The translations under genes and the position numbers were made by a program. A stretch of DNA of 64,000 nucleotides from Phoronis australis (lineage: Eukaryota; Animalia; Phoronida): contig NMRA01000057.1 in NCBI GenBank assembly GCA_002633005.1, positions 828,397 through 892,396 of the forward strand. The letters are read 5' to 3'. The notes under the pieces were generated by a model that saw only the letters and a list, made by a program, of their open reading frames with translations, ran no database searches and was not told the DNA's origin. How positions within the stretch are numbered: position 1 is the stretch's first letter; each line of letters opens with the position of its first letter. This document shows, piece by piece, positions 1-12,506 of the stretch.

Positions 1-164
1 GTGGCCTTTTTTCATTCTCAGCATGTTCACAAATACAAACAAACCACATTCACTTGGCCTACATACAATACCTAACTCAAATATGCCCCCAGGCGTAGCC
101 TACCCCTAGATTTTAATATTTTGGGAGTGCCGCGGCCGCAGTCTATCTGTTCAGTGCCACCATA

Positions 165-921
165 CAACTGCTATCCAATATGGCCGCCTGTCGGGCACTT
201 CCGTAATAACTCCAAGCATGTCAAATCTGAGAGTAATTTAACTCGAACATTTTATCTTTGACAGCAACATGTTCACTAGTTACATTGTACATTTGTTGAC
301 ATCGAAACCAAGGCAATAAATACAATCAATACCTCAAGATTTTCCTAGTTCAATCGGCAACACTCACAGTAAAGCATAGACAAGAAATGTGCCATTTGGC
401 ATCAACTAACGAGCATGCTCGCAACATCAACTAAAAACATCAATACTACAAACAGAGTAAACGAAGAGGCTTCTGATGGTAATTTATTTACAATTGAATC
501 CAAAGCAATAACCGACTACACTAATTACTCTACAAGCATAATGATTTGGACGAACGGAAAATGATTGGAAGGCCTCTTGAAATGTTGACCTATTTTTCTT
601 GTACCCAATCAGCGTGCTCATTGAAAAGTATAAAAGTAATGTTGCTGTTTTTAGTTGATGTAAGCGTTCTGAAGATGTTGCGAGCATGCGCGTTAGTTGA
701 TGCCAAATGGTACATTTCTCGCTCTACACTTTGTCGTGAATGTTGCCGATTGAACTAGGAAAATCTGGAAGTATTGATGGTATTTATTGGTTTAGATGTC
801 AACAAATGAATGAACGTGTTGCTGTTGCAGATAAAATGTTTGAGTTAAATTACTCTCAGATATGACATGCTTGGAGTTATTCCGGAAGTGTCTGACAGAC
901 AGCTACATTGGATAGCAATTG
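165..921. mobile_element. Foldback/MITE-like element with ~280-bp imperfect terminal inverted arms, flanked by TA
   Basis: Left arm caactgctatccaat...cacttccgtaataactccaagcatgtcaaatctgagagtaatttaactc... (165-~450) is the reverse complement of ~640-921 (...gagttaaattactctcagatatgacatgcttggagttattccggaagtg...attggatagcaattg). TA at 163-164 and 922-923. Confidence 0.75.
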
Positions 922-1681
922 TATACCTTTCTCTTCATTGAGTGTATAGTTGAGGGATGATTAAAGGTGCCTGTGGTTATGACACCATAAATAGTGTAAC
1001 ATCAAGCGGCTGATGAGAGTGCTTGTGGATTAAGCACAAGATAGTGTAACACGTAATGTGAGTATATTATTGTCAAATACAATATTGATGAGACCTAATT
1101 ACTTGTTTTACAAAAAAGGTAGGAAGAGTGTTGTTTTTACAAATATGAATTCACTAAGGTCCTTGGTGACTATTATGTTTTTACAAATATGAATTCACTA
1201 AGGTCCTTGGTGACTATTGTGTAACTTCAAACCCAAATTTCTCAAAAATGCACAACTTTATATGTGGAAACTTTTTAGATTTTGAGAACACACTAGCAAA
1301 TGAATTAAAAACACCACAATAAATTGCCCCCCTAAACTACTCACAAAAAGTGTTTTCCAGAAGCCCTATAAAACTTTGCCCACTACCTAATCTGTTTGGT
1401 GTCCAGCTTTAGACAGTGTAGTGTGGAATTAGAAATATGTACTTACTGGTTAATATATCTGTTTGGTAGCCGGCGATAGACAGTGTAGTGTAGAATTGGA
1501 AGGGGACAATGTTGTTTTGATGTTTTGGCTGGTTTGATATTGTTATATCCTTTGAAACCATGCTGAGAAAAAAATTGTTAAACCTGAAGTGGCAAGTCTT
1601 GTTAAATTTTAGCACCAATTTAAGTTGGTGAAAGTAAGAGCATATTTTCAAATTCATTGAACAAATGTTTTCTGTTTTCAG

Positions 1682-1735
1682 TTAAGTTTCCTGGTTGGTG
1701 TGTATGCGGGAATTTACATTGATCAACACTATCAG
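1682..1735 (+). CDS. STMP1: STMP1/DUF4535-like short transmembrane mitochondrial protein, internal coding exon (LSFLVGVYAGIYIDQHYQ)
   Basis: ttttcag|tta...tatcag|gtactg, 54 nt, phase 0/0. Hydrophobic GxxxGxYxxQxY motif typical of STMP1/C7orf73. First coding exon not found in the window. Confidence 0.75.
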
Positions 1736-2339
1736 GTACTGTGTGTCTGTATCTTGTACATGTAAACACTAATATCTGAACAGGATTGGCTAGCAATCAG
1801 CGAATCACAACTGAGTGTAACAGTGTCACCGACTCGTGGGAAACCTATGCATTGAGTGAGACGTTTTTGAAGACCAAATGTGTATGGCTTCATTCAGTTT
1901 CAAGCGATAGCGATTAGTATCGTTGCCTATAATCCTAAAGCTGTCTTCCCCACCGGCCTCTCTACAGGCATCATTGTTTCCTAAGTGTCTAAAGATATGC
2001 GTTCCTTCTTCGTTGTAGTCAAGTTGCGAGTTGTCTCACCAATTTAAGTTGCAACAATTACAATTTTAATGTCTTCGTGATTCAAGGGACATCACGCATT
2101 CTATTGAAGCATTTGAATCCAGTTTGTCGCAAAAGAAAAGAGTTGAGCAAAGAATGCTCGTTATAAAATGGAGGTTTTCTTTCCTCCATATGTAGGGTAG
2201 TATGCATATTTTGTCTTGTCACAGTCGCCATGCAATACTGAAATCTCTTGGTGTCACTCCATAATTGATTTTTTTTTCTTAACCTTGTTTGGCATTTGTG
2301 TGAACTGACTGTTTATTAACCAAGATGTCCACATTGCAG

Positions 2340-2447
2340 GTGCCCAGTATAGAGAACCCTCAAGAACTATGGGCTAAGGTGAAGGAGTATGCATCGCAGT
2401 TTGAGAAGAAAACACCAGGTGGCTCGGGTCCAAGTCAAGACTCATAG
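2340..2447 (+). CDS. STMP1: STMP1/DUF4535-like protein, last coding exon (VPSIENPQELWAKVKEYASQFEKKTPGGSGPSQDS*)
   Basis: ttgcag|gtg acceptor in frame with the previous exon; TAG at 2445-2447; AATAAA at 2792-2797. Confidence 0.75.
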   Translation: MPSIENPQELWAKVKEYASQFEKKTPGGSGPSQDS

Positions 2448-3175
2448 ACAAGAGTTACAGTGGCTCAGCCATGTACATTTTGTCAAAATTAAAAAATGAG
2501 GGGGAGGAAGAGTTTTAATTGCTGTAAATAATGGAGTAGGTCTGTCCATAATGTGAATTGGACATATCATGATGGAGACATGTCGTATTGTTAAGCAGAA
2601 CTCCTTATGAGCCCTTAAATGATGATATGTGAATATTTGAGACAATCGTGACATTACAGATTATTGATTGCAAGCTCAAACTAGGAGTGTTCTTGTAGAA
2701 GTAACCTTAAAGTTTATACACTTTTTAACTCGTGATTTATGTCGCATAAATATGACAAACTATCGTGACTATGTGTAAATAATTGTTACGCAATAAACTT
2801 AGTTAAATTTAATTCTGTTACTAATGTTTAACTAAACCATGTTTTTAATGAAATTTTCCTGGACTGTGCCATTAGCAGATAAAAAATAACAAGGTGCAAG
2901 TACATTGCAGCAGTGCGCCCCCTGGGCGCATCTTTTAAAACGCATCATGTACTCTTCCAAAAATGCAAGATTCTAGTCAACTAACAGCCAGTGGGGCAAC
3001 AGATGACTCTGTTCTTATTTCGATTGCCCTAAGAGTTTCTGTTTCACTTGTTACCACTTTAATTACACCAAGTCTTCTGGGGACAACTTTTTGAAAAAAG
3101 GCACACTTTTTATCATCAGGTGCGTCCAATGCCAATTTCAGTCAAACTCTTAAAATGAGCTTCAGTCCAGTTGAC

Positions 3176-3200
3176 TGTGTGTGTGTGTGTGTGTGTGTGT
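3176..3200. repeat. (TG)n microsatellite
   Basis: Direct reading of the sequence. Confidence 0.95.
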
Positions 3201-4812
3201 ATGTCATGTTATTCGTTATTCATGTTATTTCGTTAGTCGTTTTTGAAAAGACTAGGCGTCAGTCTGTGGGCTTTCGTGAACCGCGTGGTGTTGCGCTGGC
3301 TGTGATGGCGGTCGGGTGAACGAATTTGACAATTTCAAATTTGTCTGTTCACCCCAATAGTATATCACCATAATTATCACATCGTTATTAACTATGGAAT
3401 GACAGCCACATGAACCAGACGGAGTTCGGCTTTATGCGCACGCACGCGCACCCACATACGCCTGTGTAATATGTATTACGCCGTCACCCAGGTCATGCGC
3501 CAGTCTTCGCTGCTGTATCTCCGCAACTTGACCCTTGATGAGTGTTTGTAAAGTTTTGCACACATGTTCTGATCACGCGGACATGGGACGCCACAATATT
3601 CGGACCTATCCCTGACCTCCCCTAGTGTCAATTTTACTTTTTTTAGGTTTGCCTTTGCGTCGTCGGAGTATGTTGATGAATTTTCATGAATTTTGACGCT
3701 TTGTACTCTTTTCGGATGGATTCGATTATATTCAGTGCCACCAAGAGACCATACCGTTTTGTTGGCGCCCGCCTCTCTATCAGCCAAACGGCTCTAAAGC
3801 TCAGTGGTGAAAATTGGGTGTTCTAACGGGAAAGAACACGGCTGACTATGGGTTTTTGGACGGCTCCTACTACGTCGGCGTCCCTGTTGGCAGTTTTTGG
3901 TTAATTGTGATTCCACAACTATACCTTCCATTTTCTTTCCAAAGCCGTTCGTTCAAGAAGCACTTCTTTTGGTCAGACCTCTTATTCCTCTGTGAAATTT
4001 GTCTATTTAATTTTTCCTTTCTAGATGAACGAGAAATGATTTCTGAGTGTGCAAAATTCGTTAGTCTCCGAGAACATGCGCGGAACACAGAATGACATGG
4101 CGTGACAAGTCATATTTTGTTACAGTCCTTTCTCTGCTCTAACGATCTCAAATTCTGTTACTATAAGGCCGAACAACTTGATACCACTATCGTCAAGTTT
4201 TAACTTTAAAAATGGCCTTGATCAAAAGTTGCTTCTTGTGAGTGGAAGGCGGGGTCATAGCCGTTTTAAATTTTCAAGTGTATCTTTATGGACGTGATGT
4301 CCACAGAATGACGGCAGTAACCTACGAAATTTGGACGGAATTTTAGAGAGATACGTTTATTGTCGTGTGCATCTAAATTATATTCTAGTTTAATTAATAG
4401 TAGGCTCATTAAATTTGCGGAATAGAACAATTTCTGTGTGAACGAACAAAATGGATTTTTCAAAAAAAGATTCCGCATTGACCATGTATTTACCTTATCC
4501 TCAGTCATTAAAAACTGATTACGTAATACAACAAGTACATTTGCGTGTTTTGTAGACTTTAAACTAGCCTTCGATTGGGTTGACAGATCTCACTTTCTTA
4601 AAATTGTTACAGTAGAATGTTAGGGGAAATATTTACAATGCCATTAAGTCATTGTTTTTTAACGATACAGCTTGCATCAAGCTTATTTTCCACTAATGGG
4701 GTTATTCGGAGAATTCTCCTCGCGGTGTCGCTGCTGTACTAGTGGTGATTGAATTGCGCATGCGTCGCTGTCTGCATGTAAACAGCTGGTAAAAAGACGG
4801 ATTGTTATCAAA

Positions 4813-5710
4813 ATACGTCGTCGCGCAAAGCCTTATTATTGCTATTTTCCCTGGTGCAAGTCTTCGACAGGTGGTCACAAATTACCAAAAGACCTAAGGT
4901 TACTACATTCGTGGAGCATTGCGGTCAAAAGGGTCAACCAACTGAGAAAAAGTGTGTGGATGCCGAAGCCCCTTTATGAGACTACATAAGGACGGTTACT
5001 TGGTAAGTTTCTGGCAATCAAGTTTCTATTGACATCGTTCGGTGATGTTATCTCCACCAGTTACCCCACTGAATAACGGGTTTATTGAATGGAACTAAGT
5101 GTTTCTTTTCGAAAACTCATCCAGGACTCGGATGCCGGTAGGCTAGCAGCACATACTCACATATTGTCCTCCAAGGGTGGGAATGCGCCCAATATAAGAG
5201 GTGTGTGGTACGTGACGCTCAGAAGTCAGGGGTGCCTTTTTCAAAGCAGTTTCTCTTCAAAGCTATGCTATGTCCAATAAAATTCTCTAGACGAGTGAGT
5301 TTCCTTATTTCATAGCGGACCCCACCCCCAGGACTACCAGATTAGTTACCGAATTAACATGAATAAGCTATTCAGTAAACGTCATAACATTGCATTAACA
5401 GAATAAAAATTGACAGAATGAATTTTACTTGTTGAGGTCAGATGCTCATTTTAGGTGTCGTGAAAAATACACATTATTAAATCACTTTTATCCTGTTTCA
5501 CATAGTTTAATTCAGATCTTAAATAAGACTTGGGTACAAAGATTTACTTTCTACATATGAACACGAAGATGAAACGTCAAGTATGTTCTGCCTTACTAAA
5601 GTAGTTTTGTCTTGTGTTTTCTGTTATAATTTGCTAATATTTCTCTGACTATTCTGTTACAGGTGAGAGAAAACGAATGAAACCAACCGCCTGACCATCT
5701 ATTTTACCTA
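4813..5710 (+). pseudogene. Spliced THAP-domain remnant (N-terminus of the ISL2EU-type transposase)
   Basis: YYCYFPWCKSSTGGHKLPKDLRLLHSWSIAVKRVNQLRKSVWMP (C-x-x-P-x-C, H.LPKD, W..VKR, W.P). Donor g|gtaagt near 5002, acceptor near 5662, then GERKRMKPTA*PSIF (AVPSIF box with a stop). The C..HF core is missing. Confidence 0.6.
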
Positions 5711-6384
5711 GGGACAAAGTGAAAAGTAATCCTTCAGCAATAACTTGAGAGAATTGAACGTAATTCAGAAATTCAGCCTTTGATATGCCTGATTATGGAC
5801 TCCATTGCGTGGGAAAATTACAATTGTTTTTAACAATGCTGTTTCTTTATATACTTTTCTTGCATGCGGAACTTTTGTTGTGGACAAGTTATCACAAAAC
5901 TTAAAATTGTTCAAAGGCCTTCTTAAGAAAGCTCTAAAAATAATTACACACACAAACAATTCAAATGCAAACAAAGGGATTACTTTATTTTGATCGCTGC
6001 ACATTTCTAGAGGTCAACAGGAAAACGACAATTCGAAAGCGTAATCGCTAATCATTTTAGCTTTATAAGCACAACTGCACTGTATGGGGCTTTAAAACTG
6101 AGGAAATATTGTGGTTTCAATAATTAGTGACAAACTTGCCCGTTGATGAAAAATTTATTCGATCATCAAAGTGTAACATTAACGGGCTTTCTACTGACAA
6201 TAAGACAATCGATGTAGTCACTGAATGTCATTTCCCCAATGTGTACCAAATTGAAAAGATTTTACCATTAGTATAAAGCCTTTCTTCTGAAAGGAAATGT
6301 TAATGTCACTCAGTGAGAAAGGACAGGTATTTATACCAGATACTTTTGGTTTTCATTTCACAGAGATCTAGTTTCAATAGCGTA

Positions 6385-6960
6385 TCTAAGCGCTTGTAAA
6401 AAAGGTCCAGTTTCGGCACGTGGATTTCCTCCAGGTAACCTCATTCAGCCTCAATTAGATCCCTGAAGGTAAACACAGCATATAACTTGACTCGTTTTGT
6501 GCCCAAAATCTGACCCTGAACTAGACCAGAGTGTCACTACGTCTTCTTTAGCTTCAATCCAGCATGTTTCTTCCAGGAAAAGAAGTAAGCTATTGTCCAC
6601 ACATGACTTAATGCCTTTGAAAGGTATCCTCACCAACGAGGCTGACTTGTGTAGCAGTAGATATAGTTCCTCTTCATACACAAACAACACATTGTCTTAT
6701 GGTAACTTCGTACTGAGATTCACATTTCACCAAGGCCACTGACATGTACATTGCGCCATGCAGCACTAATGGTGTGTGGAAATGCTGTGGGAAGAGAAAG
6801 GAGTTACAAAGCTTGTTCGTTGTCTCCGATGAAGAAAGTAGGCTTTAACAACAGATCTACAGGTACGCTGGATGGGAAGATCTTGCTGGTTAGCTGTAGT
6901 CAACTGCTTAAAACCAATTTTTGTCCATTCAGGGTCGATGCTGAAGCGATGCATATCTCT
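6385..6960 (-). pseudogene. YqaJ/lambda-exonuclease-like remnant with frameshifts and stops
   Basis: Motifs in order on the minus strand: SIDPEWTKIGFKQLTTAN (W...R.RLTAS-like), PLVLHGAMYMSVALVKCESQYEV (HG...E..A-like), LVRIPFKG (EIKCPF-like), LKLKK...VQGQ at 6510-6521, VPKLDLFYKR. Confidence 0.6.
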
Positions 6961-7619
6961 GCTCTGCACGGTACAAGCCCTCAAACCTAAAAACCAAAGG
7001 TCACGTGAAAACAGACATGATAGAATTTCATTTCAACGTGTAGTAAATTTCCGGAAGACAAGTAGTAAACAAATAGTCTAATGGATATTTACGTACCCTT
7101 TAATTGCCATGGCATTGGGCTTGGATTGTAATCTCACTAACCCATATCGAGTTAAACATTCAGCATTCATTGACGTAACTGTCACTGATAAACCTGTTTG
7201 AAATCATTCCAAACAATAATACGGATTTGATGTACGAAAAGTTCTCGAGTGCTACGTCAAGTATCGTAACACGCATCACAGCAAAGATTAACCCGACTGG
7301 CGACTGTCGCGAAGCCGACATCGGCAAGTATCTCAGTTAACAGGCATCAGTAGAATAAACATGGAATAATCGTTAAAATAATCACAAACCTTACCTTTAC
7401 TTTCTCTCATAGAAGCACCTTTTTCACGCAATCTCAGATTCAGTTTGCACACCTACAAACCATTTCACCATGTATTTAAAAGGCTCGCGAAATCGAGGCT
7501 GTTAATCTATCACCACTAGTACACGCACGCCCTCTAGTTATTGTAGATTTTCCGAATAGCCCCATTGGTTCCCAACAACTAGCGGAGTTAGACAGAGTGA
7601 TTTGCTATACCCCACACTA

Positions 7620-9675
7620 TTAAAAATTTTGCTCACAAATGATCTTGCAGTTGATATTAAAGGTGTTCTATTAGACAACTTGAAGTTTTCTCATTTTTGT
7701 ATGCAAATGGTATTGTTTTAATAGCCGAGAATGAACACAATCTTCAAGTCATGCTTAACCATGTTTTCGAGTGGTGCAAAATTGGGAACTTTGTATTAAA
7801 TAGCGACAGACAAATATTGAATTGTGCCCTTCAGAAATAAGAATTACCCTGTCTTTCAACCTAACTTTTGAAAATTTAAATCTTGTTTACAAATCAAAGT
7901 ACAAATACTTAGGTGCCTATTTTAACGAGTTTTTAGATTTTCAAGACACTGTTCAACACCTAAGAGATTTTGGCTATAAAACTTTTAACCATCTCGATTC
8001 TGCATGTGTACAACCCATTATGAAATATTGGGATTGTTCTAAAAATCCCACGACCTACAATCCCATCGACCCTACTCGACTCTATCTGAACATAGAATAA
8101 GCGCTGACTCGCAGGACCAATGAGTTGATCTTGGCTGGCTTTCCCTGTTTTTTTTTGCAATTAAAAAGTTGATTCGGCAAGTTTGAAAGCCAAAAACAGA
8201 AAAAACGCGACCAATTAAAAATCAAATCAAAACCTACCAACGTTACAAATGTTCCCGGCACAGTGTAATCTTCTCGTCTGCTCTACAGGGAATTGCAGAT
8301 TCAACTTTTTGCGGAGAGTGCGAGGAACCGACAAAACTGTAATTTCATCAGTAAGTACAGTTTGGAAAACAAACTGTTAACTAAAAAGTATTGCAACGTT
8401 ATATGGAGTATTTTTTATCGAGCATACAACAGAAAGCAAATAATAAAAATGTGAAATTATGTACATTCACGTTTACGTACTGCCTCTCTAAGTTTAGTAG
8501 AACTGGACCATTGGTAGCCGCTCATGCAACTATTTCCGTGACAACGATAGCGCGCTCACAATGCGCTATTTCAGATCACGTTCTCACGCTTCTTTCTTTT
8601 TTAATCACCAGACTTGAAGCAGACCAGACTCGCGTGTAGGTATGTCTTATGGGAAAATCACTCAGCGACGCCTGTAATAAGATAATGAAATATGTAAAAG
8701 CGCAAAAATACTTCTATTGCCACTGGTTGTGGGTCGAGGGGTCGTGGGGGTTTTAGGACAATCTGAAATATTGCTCTGGGGTCTGGGGATTTCAATATTT
8801 TCGTTGTTATAACTTTGTACAAAACAGAGCTAAATGGTGTATTATTATGGTGTCCATCGCTCAGCTCCTGTTGCTGCCATAATAGGTGACATGGGTTGGA
8901 TTCCACCGTCATGTGAATGTGGTTCGTCTGTGGACTAGAATATTGAGTTTTGATTTTGGAAGACTTACCAGAAAAGTTTTTGAATGGGACTATCACCAAA
9001 ACAATTCAATTTGGTCCTCCGAGATGAAAACAATTTTCAACTCTTGTCAGTTAAATCATTCATTAGAATCCAAAATGAAATGCGATATCACTGTTTTACA
9101 AAGAAATCTTATTAAGAGTGTGGTTGGTAACTGGGAAAATACTGTTAATCAATCACCTAAAATTAAGAGCCCACAAAATTTTTAAAAAGGACTTTTTAAT
9201 AAAAACTACTTACGTTCGTGTTTGACCAGATATTGTAGATCACCTTTATCACAATTTTGTTTTGGAATTTTATCACTTCATATTGGAACTGGTAGATTTT
9301 CTAACACTGACCTCTGTAACAGATTTTGCTTGCTTTGCTGTTGAGGGTGAAATTCATTTTCACTGTCATTATCCTTTTTACAAGTTTTAAGAATTTTGTT
9401 GTTTTATCAAATCACTTTTATTCTCCCGTATTTCTGAAGACAAACTTGCTATTTTTTGTAATAAGTTTTCTAAAGACCTGGCAAGATATATAGTAGGTTT
9501 TTTAATGTACGACAAGATGTTCTGTCCCCTTTTAAATTTTATAAAAAGTTTTGAGCTTCATATCAAATTGTATGTGCATTGCTCTTTTTGTATTTTGTTT
9601 AAAGTGACTAATGAGCCCAGTGCGCTGGGTGTTCAAGTAACACTGGTCACTGTAATAAATTTATTTTCTTCTTCT
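7620..9675 (+). mobile_element. 5'-truncated, decayed non-LTR retrotransposon (CR1/L2-group-like RT C-terminal half)
   Basis: Frameshifted FLYA(N)GIVLIAENEHNLQVMLNHVFEWCK (degenerate YADD), YKYLG, PIMKYCSGVWG, GDMGW, RLTRKVFEWD, GTGRF...CLLC...EIHF. 3' AATAAA and a short tct tail near 9653-9675. Confidence 0.8.
8031..8764. mobile_element. MULE-like MITE inserted in the LINE
   Basis: TIRs ggattgttctaaaaatcccacgacc / ggtcgtgggggttttaggacaatc. 9-bp duplication GAAATATTG at 8022-8030 and 8765-8773. Removing it restores the LINE frame PIMKYCSGVWGF. Confidence 0.8.
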
Positions 9676-9743
9676 ATAAACAACACCTTATTTAGTGTTA
9701 AAAGTTATTTTAGAAATGGTTGCGTGAATGAGTTCACTATTGC

Positions 9744-11443
9744 ATGAACTAAAGGAATATCGATTTCCTATAGAATTCCTGTAGGATCAAGATTTCCTTT
9801 AGGAATTTCTACAGGAATTTCTATAGGAATATCGATTTGCTATGGGATCAAGATTTCCTATAGGAATTCCTATAGAAAAAACTCCTATAGGAAGTTTTTC
9901 AGAAATCTGATTTCTAAACATTTTAATAAACAAAATAATAGCCTAAGAGTATATAGTAAGATATCTGTTTGTTTTTATCTACTTTCAGCTCTTCTGGGTC
10001 ATTAATTTTTTTAAATTTTAATATTCAGGCTAGTCTTAATATGTTAATTGCTTCGTCATTTTGGTATTTCCTACATTAGATCATGTACTAGTTGTACTCA
10101 TTTCATTGCCAAAAATAATTTCATTTAAAAATTAGACTTAATATTGTCTATGACGTACACTGTTTTACATATTGTGTAAAAAGCACATTTTTGAACGTAA
10201 AGCAAATCCAATAGGAAATTCTGTTGTATCCAGAAGGATAGTCTATTGAGTATTTTGTAAGATCTTATTGAATTTACTACAGAATACTTCTGATCGAGCC
10301 TATAGAATCCTGTTGCAGTTTCTATACAAACATATTGACCTTCCTACAGCATCGTATTGAACTTCCTGTAGAATCCTATTGAACCTCCTATAGGATCCTA
10401 TGAGACTTCCTATAGAATCCTATTGAACTTCTTATAGAATTTTTTTGAACGTCCTATGGGATTCTATTAAACTTCCTACAGAATCAGACTAAACTTCTTA
10501 TAGAAAACTATTGAACTTCCTATAGAGTCCTATTGAAGTTCCTATAGGACCCTATTGAACTTCCTATAGGATCCCATTGAACCTCCTATAGGATCCTATT
10601 GAACTTCATGCAGAATTCTATTAAACTTCCTTTAGAATATCATTGAAATTCAATAGGAATCCATGGGAAGTTCAATAGGATTCTACATCACCTATTGAAC
10701 TTCCTGTATAATCCTACTGAATTTCCTATAGAATCCTACTGAACTTCCTATAGATGAAATTCTCTTAAAACATAACCTGAAAGGGTGAACTATATAGCTT
10801 TCATTATAGCTGTTTCATTTCTGGTGTTGTAAAATATAATAATGTCTCACCTTCTACAGGAACATTTTGATTATGTGTATGGCTTAGTGGCTAAAGTGGA
10901 CGGTTTCTCAACTGAACAACAGGTGTCCCTGAAAGGCGATTCAATGAACAGTTATCTTTACAGCAATTAAAACACTCGACATAAGCTTACAGCTTTGAAT
11001 ATCAGAGAACAACATATAAAAGCCTATAGCATTCAGCATTTAAATATTAAGTTACTTTAACATGTTTTGAAAAAGCAAAAAGGAACACACAAGTCTCTTG
11101 TAGCCCCAATTTAGTGCATCCATTTGTAACATAGATAGATATCCTGACTGGCAGTTTCCGTAATGGAATCCGTCTATAGGATCCTATTGGATTTCCGATA
11201 GGATCCAATTGGAAACCCTATAAGATCCTATTGGATTTTCTATAGGATCCAAAAGAAAATCCCATGGGATCCAATTGGAAATCCTACAGGAATTCTAATA
11301 GGATCCAATAGAAAATCCTATAGGAACCTATAAGAAATTGGGTCAAAATCCAATTGGATTCCCAATAGGAAATCCTATAAAATTCCTATTGGGTTTCCTA
11401 TAGGAATTCAATAGGACATCCTATTGAAATTTTCTGTAAGGGT
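9744..11443. repeat. Blocks of short palindromic TTCCTATAGGA(A/T)-type repeats, probably subterminal arrays of a non-autonomous DNA transposon
   Basis: Dense degenerate repeats at ~9750-9900, 10210-10755 and 11160-11430; the block ends in ...ttttctgtaaggg. Confidence 0.7.
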
Positions 11444-11482
11444 TGATGTGCAATTCGAAAGCGATATGTGTTGCATTAAATT

Positions 11483-11640
11483 CAGTGCCTGATTTAGGGG
11501 GAGAGGGCAAGGGAAACATGCCCTCCTAAAATTCTCCCACATTCCATTTGGCAGCTCGGGGGTGCGAAAGTCTGAAGGGCAAAATCCTGGCTAATACTCT
11601 ACCCTGCCCTCCCCAACTCAAAATCCTGGATCAGGCCCTG
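11483..11640. mobile_element. Small MITE with CAG termini
   Basis: cagtgcctgatttag ... ctggatcaggccctg inverted ends; no clear TSD. Confidence 0.5.
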
Positions 11641-11885
11641 AGATTCTACACTTTCAATGTACGGACATCCAACCCATTGCAAGGATTTATTTACCGACCA
11701 TTTGTGTATCCGCGTACTGAGTTCAAACGTGTCTGAATTCAGCATTGGTTTACTGACTATGAAGTATCTTCATTTCGGGTGATAAAGCACGTGTTACATG
11801 TATGTAGTGAGATTTCCTGAAATTGTCAATACGAAACGCTTTCGCAACATCTCGCGCCGGCGCTAGTGTTTTGAGTTGGTTGGAA

Positions 11886-11931
11886 ATGATGATCATTGGT
11901 TCTTACTGGGTGTGCGTCTTTCTTTGCAGAG
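11886..11931 (+). CDS. IgSF membrane protein exon 1, signal peptide (MMIIGSYWVCVFLCR-G)
   Basis: aaATG start, hydrophobic leader, phase-1 donor g|gtaata. Confidence 0.65.
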
Positions 11932-12119
11932 GTAATATGAAAGAACGTGTTTTGTTAAACAATGTTCTTGAAAATGAATGAAGACGGCTATTTCTCATTT
12001 CTCAATTGGGTTAATTGTTGTGTTCCTCGATGAAGTTGAGAATACACATGTTTCATTGTTTCATCGGTGAAATATGTCAAATGTTTTTGAAGAAATGTAG
12101 TACCCCTTATTGCTCTTAG

Positions 12120-12506
12120 GTGTCAAAAGTGATGAATCGACGGTGACGACACGTGTCGACCAGGAATACTTTGTGGAAAAAGGAAAGGCTCTCGAAGTTC
12201 GAATAGAATTCTTTCCCTTGGACGAGGTCGAGTATATTCTCCTAGAGAGTGATGCGTCAGGAGGAAAGAACGTGATTGTCTACCAGAAAGTTATTATACC
12301 CCTTCTGGATCTGCCGGGGATAGGTACTGGGGTGTTTCACAAGCGCTTGAAGGATAGTTTAAAGGTGATTGGGACGCGAGGCATTGTCTCGCTCACCGTG
12401 AAGGACATGCAGGCATGCGACCCAGGCAGATACCTATTGACGGTGAAAGAAAGGAACCTGGCAAGAAACAAACACGGCACAACGTCTTTGGATGTCCACA
12501 TCATAG
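12120..12506 (+). CDS. IgSF membrane protein exon 2, V-type Ig domain lacking the canonical disulfide
   Basis: ttag|gt...atag|gtgata, 387 nt, phase 1/1. SLTVKDMQACDPGRYLLTV matches L.I..V...D.G.Y.C with Cys replaced by Leu. Confidence 0.75.

Larger units (their letters stand above)
4698..7563. mobile_element. Decayed ISL2EU-type (PIF/Harbinger-related) DNA transposon
   Basis: AT|GGGGTTATTCGGAGAAT ... ATTTTCCGAATAGCCCC|AT gives short TIRs with an AT duplication. Plus-strand THAP remnant and convergent minus-strand YqaJ remnant match the known ISL2EU layout. Confidence 0.75.

Noticed and set aside
3424-4174. gttcggctttat / ataaggccgaac inverted match and the enclosed minus-strand ORFs as one element
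   Set aside because: Only ~12 bp, no TSD, and no recognisable domain in the ORFs.
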